Source: Chrysomallon squamiferum
Lineage: Eukaryota > Animalia > Mollusca
DNA length: 64,000 nt
Assembly: GCA_012295275.1 (NCBI GenBank)
Contig: CM022671.1
Location: 35,278,001-35,342,000, forward strand
Direction of reading: 5' to 3'
A program made the position numbers and the translations under genes. Below the pieces are notes generated by a model. It worked only from the letters and a program-made list of their open reading frames with translations, was not told where the DNA came from and did no database searches. Below, one piece after another: positions 56,531-64,000 of the stretch. Position 1 is the first letter of the stretch; each line of letters opens with the position of its first letter.

Positions 56531-57504
56531 CACACACAAACAAACACACAAACACACATCCATAACATACACAAACTACAAACATAAATGGCAACTAGAA
56601 TTAATGAAAAAAAAAAGTAAAATCAAATTTATAACTATATTCATCTGATTTACATTATAAAATATAATTTGCTCTAAAAACAAAATGAGTCAATGGTATC
56701 ATTATATCTGCTATTTTTGTATGGCAAGAAGAATAACAAAGCTGTAATTACATAATATCGTAATTTCTGTTATTATAAAGGGTCACGACAGTAAAGTTCT
56801 TCTGTATAAAATTACCATTTTTGTCCATCTTGTATGTTCTACTGAAATATTATGAAATGAATGAACTAATGATAATATCATGTATCAGAGTTTGTGTTGT
56901 TGAAAGTTTCTGGTGTAACAGAATTAACTTGGATATTTGTTTTACCTGTACTAAACTGATTTCTGACAGAAGTCTGCATGTGAAGTGTGGGCCACTCTAA
57001 CATGTTAAATTTTCAGTAATTCCATTTCATGTTGCAAGCAGAAGCAGAACTTGTTTGCTGGTTAATACCATCAGCTGCCTTTGTCAGCTGTAGAAAACCA
57101 CTTCCAGTTCACCTCTTGAATAATGAATTAATGAATGAATGAATGAATGAATGAATGAGTGAATGAATGAGAGAATGAGTGAATGAATGAGGATGTATTA
57201 ACCTGTTTCAATATTATTAACAAAATTCTTGATATCAAAAACATATTATTTCTGTACAAACAAAAGACAATATTAGTCTAATGACATCTCAGTATTTTTT
57301 AATATTAACAGTTATCAGATATCAACGTACTGATCTTTTGTGTTACGTTTCACTGGAGACCAAACCTACATCTATTAATATATGAACTGATTTTAGCAAC
57401 ATGTTATTTTTTATATACTTTTCATTAGACAAATTTTTTTTTTTTTTTAAAACATAAATAAATAAATAAAACCCAAAACTGTTGACACTTTATATGTACC
57501 TGTC

Positions 57505-57612
57505 ATTCTGCAGTGGGTAGAATGGGAAATGATGCAAAAGGTCTACTAAAGAGGACAGATCCTGTAATTGTTCACATCTCAGATGACCATTCTAACCATT
57601 GGACTACTGCTA
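57505..57612 (-). mobile_element. Decayed SINE-like copy
   Basis: CAGTGGGTAGAATGGGAAATG...GGGTCTAC...GATCCTGT...CATCTCAGATGACCATTCTAACCATTGGACTAC; same motif order as the other copies. Confidence 0.45.
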
Positions 57613-57675
57613 CAACTGTATAACACTTTTGCTAAAGCTTTCAATTATTTTATTCTATTTTATTTTATTTATTTT

Positions 57676-57706
<31 letters not shown>

Positions 57707-59049
57707 TTTTTATTTTATTTTATTTTTTATCAGAATTTTTATTTTTATTATTTAATTAACTGTTTATATCATATCATTAAAAAACTAATTTTTTATTTTT
57801 ATACTGATGTATAATATGTATAAAAGAAAACTTTGATGTGATTTCTAAATTAGCCTGTAGTGTATGATATAAATATCATACATATTACACAAGCGGTGTG
57901 AAAATACAGTGTTTATTAAACACACAGTTTATATATGACCAGTTTCCAGAAAAGGCCTAAAAAGTCTGAGCTTGATTGACACTACATTCTTTATGACACT
58001 TTCTGGTTTTTTGTAAGTGAATCCTGGTATCCAGATATTCGAGAGATAACGTTAAGAATGTAACGCATACATTTCAGTTACACAGTTATAAGACATTTTA
58101 TATAAAAGCTTATATTTTCTTAATGTGACAGTTTCACTTTCGTTATCACACAGTAATGAAACATATTATTCAAAATTTATAATTTTATATTTTCTGAATG
58201 TAACAACTTTATTTTAATTAATCATACAATTTTTACAAGATACAATATTTCAAAACTTATATTTAATATTTTCAAAACAATGAAAATTAATATCTAAAAT
58301 TATCGTTAAAATATATAGTTTATATATATATATATTTAAAAATCACTTTATGAATATTTTGTGGGAATGGGTCACATCTGAATTAGTTCTCAGCAGTGAA
58401 TCATCAGCTACAAGTGTTAACAGATGGCTGGTAATAAAAACAAACATATGAGCTGATATTATAACAGTAATAAAAGTCTCTACAGAATGAACCAAGTTCT
58501 CATTCTGGAAAGTTAAATCACATCCGTATAGAGGAACTATGTACACACAGGTATATATATTTTAACATTTATTTTTTTCTTTAAGTTATTTAAAAAAATG
58601 TATATAAATAATTAAAAAAAAAAAATATAAATAATTTTAAAAATATATGTAATAATAATAATAATAATAATAATGATCTTAGATATATATATATATATAT
58701 TGTGATACAGAATTATTTTCTGATTTTGTCATTTTTTTAAATTTATTTTATTTTATTTTGTTTTATTTTATTTTATTTTATTTTATTTTATTTTATTTTA
58801 TTTTTACATTTGGATTTTTTTTTCAATTTTTTTTTTCATACTGATTATGTCCATATTATCTCAAATAACATATACAAATAATAGTTGTCTATTAAATACT
58901 TATTAATACATAAAAGTTATTAACTGTGTAGATTGTTCCTATTTTCAAAATTCAGATAATTGTTAAATTTCAATATATACATTTTTAAAAACATTTTTAA
59001 ATATATAGTTTACTGGCACTGCTTCATACCATTTCTTTTTTATAAGCTG

Positions 59050-59352
59050 GTTTTGGAGCTTTGGGTAGAATGGAAAAATAGTTGTGTAAGCACGTTAATG
59101 AGAACTGATCAACAGTCCTGTTATACTTCTTATAATATTGTTATTCTGTCTCGGAGCTTTGGATATAATGGAAAATAGTTGTGTGGGCACATTAATGAGA
59201 ATTGATCAAATAACCTGTCATACTTCAGTCATGTTTCTGTAATCATGTAGTTACTGTGTGTCTTGGAGCTTTGGGTAGAATGGAAAATAGTAATATGAGC
59301 ATATTAATGAGAATTGAACAACAGACATGTCATACTTCAGTCATGTTTCTAT
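59050..59352 (+). repeat. Three tandem ~100-110-bp units derived from the SINE-like fragment
   Basis: GGAGCTTTGG(G/A)TA(G/T)AATGGAAAA(A)TAGT...TTAATGAGAA(C/T)TGA at ~59055, ~59153 and ~59265. Confidence 0.75.
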
Positions 59353-60464
59353 ACAACATGTTACTCTGTGCAACTCTGTATTAAATTTAAAAAAAAAATA
59401 ATAAAGTAAAAAAAATCCTAAAGTCATCTGTGTCAAACAAATTGTTATTTTATTGATCCAGATTAGAACAAAAAATCACAGCCACAAAGTGAAACATGCT
59501 GACACTAGGGAAAATCTATTGCTTGATAAATGCATGAAAAACGAAAAGGAAAATCAATTTCATAAAGTAAGAGATATTTAAAAAAACAAAACCACAAACA
59601 CAAATCTTTAAAATAGAAAAAAAAAAGAAGAAAAAAAAAAAAAAAAAGAAAAAGCAAAACTGCAAGAACAAAAAGATAAAAAAGCGAAAAAAAAAAAAAT
59701 GCCTCAAAACATAATTTGCCCAAACATAATTTTATGGCAAAAAAGAAAAAAAAATAAGAAAAAAGGAAATAAAAGAAAATGTCTGTTTGTAGAAATACTT
59801 GGAAAATAATTGAAGGAACCTTTTACAAGTCACACTCTGCTGAAACCAATTGAGTGTTTTAGCCTCTGTTTCTAATTTCCCTCTTTTTTCCTCACTCTCT
59901 GATAATTGCAATCAAAGCCTACACACTGACCTGCAGCCAGCAGATGCAACGAAGACAACAGCGTCGTGCACTGTTATGTCAGCCTCGACACACACACGTC
60001 TTAATGATGACAGTGAACATCTACGCTCACTCAGCACGATGTCACAGTCAGGCCGGTCAGTGTAGCTGCTGCCCGCCTCCACGCTGCTGTTGTCAAGACT
60101 AATTGGACATGGGGAAAAATGGCTGTGAGCAAGTTTCTGTCTTTTTGTAATCACCACTGACACTGATCGGAGACATTTCTCTATTTCATCTCACAGTGTG
60201 CAAAAGTGACAGAAAAAAAAAAAAATTGTTTACAGTGCTTTTGGGGTACTTAAGAATAATAATAATAAAAAAAATGTCACTTTTTTTTAATCATGTGTTA
60301 AAACAGTTTCAAAAAGAAGAAAAACAAATTAATGTCTTAGGGGAAATAAATGTTGCAGAAATCCTTGGGTTCGAGCAATGTGTTATATAACACTACATTT
60401 CAAACACCATCTGTAGTTAAATTGCTTACATATCTCATTTTTTTTCTTGTCTTTTTTCTTTGCC

Positions 60465-60502
<38 letters not shown>

Positions 60503-60503
60503 T

Positions 60504-60550
<47 letters not shown>

Positions 60551-63500
60551 CTCTCTTTCTATCTCTCTCTCACTGTCTCTCTCTGCTTGTCTGTTTGTCT
60601 GTCTGTCTGTCAGTTTCTCCTCATATACTCAAAGGAAAGATCAACAGTCTACATCACACTACATTCCTAACACAAACTATAAATCTATTTTAAAATTCTA
60701 CTCTGTTCTAGTTTAGAACTTAAAATAACTGTAATTTTATTCTTATATTCTCGTCACATCTTCTTGTATTAATATTGTTTCTTATACCAGTCTATTCCAG
60801 CTTGTCTTTACCTCAATCAGTGGGAATGCTGTCTGTTAACACAGCTAATCTAATTTCCAATTTTCAATATTTCCTAATATGTCCTGATTGCATCAAAAAC
60901 ACAGCATCATTTGTACACTGACTTTGGACTGCTCTATTGATAGAACTTGCTGAAAAATTCCTCAAACCAGCTCAATTCTTAAATGTGTTCCAGCCACAAC
61001 AGAAAACTAATGAAGACGCTTGCATGACTGTCGGTGTATTGGGGAATGCTGTGTTGAAATATTTAATACGATTTCAAACCGAGAGTGTTTTTTTCAAGGT
61101 ATTACTGTCAGGAGGTTTGCATGTCTGTGCTAAGCCTGGAGATCATACTTTCTGCTGTGTTGACATAGTGATCATTATCAAACCAGTATTCCTCACTGAA
61201 CCAGAGAGGCTCTTTCCAATATCTAATCACTGAAGAATCAGTATTGTTCACAGTATCATTTTTTTCTTCTTTTCCCATTCTAACCTCTACCATTACTGTA
61301 GAATCAGTATTCCTTATTCTATTAGTTACACTTTTCCTTGTACCCTATGACTGCAGAATCAATATTCATTACTTTATCAGTTAGGCTTTTCACATTCTAG
61401 CCTCTACCCCATTACTTCAGAACCTTACATGTTTTCAAGACTTACGTGCATTTAAAAAATAATAATAATAATAACAATAAAACAAAGATCTCTTGCAAAT
61501 AAAATAATCTTTCAGAATGATGACAGTGGGTTTTCTCTTGCATATCATCTTTACACTAAAGTATATTTTACTTAACTGTTAACATTAACACCTGTCAAGC
61601 TATTCAAATATTAATTAACATCTTCAGACAAGTTCGTTTTTTCTTTAAGCACCGAGATTAATAAAGTTCAAGTGTAGATTTAATTCTCTTCAGCACATTA
61701 GGAAATTATCATCAGATTATTGAAATCATTTACTGGGACAGCCACTGCCATGCAGAAAACACCAGTCATTTCCAATCTAGCCAGCTTCCTGCCAGCGATT
61801 ACAAGAAAGAAAAACAGAAAATTATTTCTAACTTGCTGAGATGAATTGCTGGCTCACTGAAAAGAAAGTGCTGGCAAAGTTCCTCCAAACCGAGCTGCTG
61901 GACAATGCAAGTTGAACAACAATTGACATAATGTGCTTATTGATATTTTCTCTCTCCCTCATTTGCTGGCAGTTATTTCTTGTTCTGTTTTGACATGAGA
62001 AAACTTATCAGTGCGTGATTGAGAACATTTGTGTTTGATTTACACAGAGTGGGTTTGTAAGTGAACACAAAATCTACCTGTAAAATGCTGCTAACAAATA
62101 ACACATTACAATTCCTGGTAATTCTTTTATATGCTGCAAGGATGCTGATAAAAAAAAAAAAAAAATCAAATAAATGTTTTCAACTAATTTTCTACTTTAT
62201 TTTTTGCTGAAATGTAACCAATGGTGTGCCTGGGAATGCTGATAAAAGCTTAAATTGTCTTTTATATTTCTAAGCAAGATTTTTGTTTTGTTGTAGTTGG
62301 GTTTTTTTGTTTTTGCTTTTTTGTTGGATTTTTTTTCCATGATATATCAAAATTTGCTAATGAAAAGGTACAACAGTAACGTAAAGGTAATAAAAGCTGT
62401 TAATTTATTCAGTATTATTAAATAACTGTGATACCACACTGTACAGAAATATTAAACTCTGTGATAGACTGACAGATATCTCACTGACTCACTTGTTTAT
62501 CTTCATCATCAGTAAATAAATAATATCAAAGTTGTCAGCCTATCTAGCATTTTTAAAACTCTTTTCTACTTTTACGTAGTATATGAGAAAGAACTGAAAA
62601 CAACCTCCATGATTTGTGTGTATTAATCATCTTGTCATATACTTTATTATCAACAAAGTTTGGGTTTGAATAACAAATGTAAATATCAGTTGAAAGGTGT
62701 AAAATGCATTTAAACTATTTTTTAACATGACAATAATTAAATTTTATCTGAAATTTTGATTGTAGGTTTTACAAATGTTTACTTCAGAGTCATACATAAC
62801 AGTGTATCAGGACCTGTCACTCAAATTTGGTTCTTCATGTGAACTTAATTCACCGATTTTTACAGTTTGTACATCACAGTCACTAATGGTAGAACACCCT
62901 GACCTGGGTGCTGTCTGTGTCTGTCTGTCAGTGTGTCCATTAGTCTGTCACTGTATCTGTCATTCATAATCTCCACTCTTAACTCATTCCATGAGCCTTT
63001 CTCCCATTACAAGAGAAGTTATCAGGCCTGGATTGAATTTTGAGCAAATTTTACAAAGAAATCGCTGACAAGAATTTCCTGGTATTACAGGTCAAAAAAA
63101 AAAAAAAAATGACTGTATTTAATTAGCACATACTGGAATTAAAAAGAAAAAAAAAGAAATGTTTTCATTGCTTCAAGCTGGATTTAAAACTATAAATTTA
63201 TTTTCCAAATAGAATTACGGCAGAAGAGTAGTGGATTAATTGAGGTATTTCACTGCTTCGTAGAGACCGACACATACACTCAGTATTGCACATCCCCCCT
63301 TACACCGTGAGAAATGTGATGAGGTTAAATTTAATTTGTGTAAATCGCAGATACAGGGGATGTTTAGCAGAAAGCACTGTGTCGTGCTGCAGGGAAGAGA
63401 CTGTTTCTAATCAACATCAAATGAATAGAAAATAGAAACGGATTACATCGTCTGAAGCAAGATTTAATACAAATTTACTCCTAAGCAGAACTGTGGTGTG

Positions 63501-64000
63501 AGACCTCAGAAAAGTTAACTGAAATGTATTACTCTGTGATAAATGTTTTACACCGTGATAAATGTTTTATATCATGATAAATGTTTTATAAAACTATTAT
63601 AAACAACATTCCATGATACATGCTGTATTGTTATAAATAAATTTTCTAAGATAAATATGTGATTCATACAATGAAAAAACAATAATAAGAACAGCAATAA
63701 CAGCAACAGCAACAGCAACAACAACAGCAACAGCAACAACAGTAACATTTTAGCAACAACAACATGGACAGCAGCAGCAATGACAATAACAGTAAAGATA
63801 ACAATAATAATAAAATCTATTATGTTGCTTGTAAAAAAGTCAGAACAAACTGTGTGACTTTGTACTGCCAGGCTGGTATTGTATAGTAGAAATACTGCAT
63901 GGCTTGGTATGGATTATTCTAATTAATGTGGCTGGGACATGCCAGTAAAGGCAGATCACCTGAGACTGTTATCTGATGTTTGACTAATTAATATCAACAT

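Noticed and set aside
60937-61420. 98-aa and 61-aa ORFs
   Set aside because: No recognisable domain or convincing splice sites; the region contains weak degenerate repeats (ACTG.AGAATCA.TATT).

Overview
AT-rich, microsatellite-dense animal genomic DNA; a mollusc or other lophotrochozoan is likely, but that is inference from repeat style only. The window holds the 5' part of one large plus-strand gene of the RIMS-binding protein family (RIMBP2/TSPOAP1/RIMBP3-like). It has a ~1.1-kb first coding exon (7775-8898) broken by a single -1 frameshift near 8218, a 30-kb intron, and four phase-0 coiled-coil exons (39221-39340, 40762-40893, 42061-42246, 43189-43296). The SH3/FN3 exons are not seen and presumably lie downstream. 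The long intron carries 2-3 candidate alternative first exons, each ending in a phase-0 donor, dense CAGGTR/YACCTG motif clusters, a near-perfect ~230-bp palindrome, and a non-autonomous Sola2 DNA transposon (29765-32594, ATAA TSD, ~620-bp TIRs, decayed transposase). The most unusual structure is a six-copy 63-bp tandem duplication of the intron/exon boundary at 42862-43231. It creates six competing acceptors (four lead to a premature stop) and carries a CAG|GT proto-splice site in every copy, the configuration predicted for intron gain by tandem duplication. A second acceptor-region minisatellite abuts the exon at 40762. Nearly all other ORFs in the track are microsatellite artefacts.
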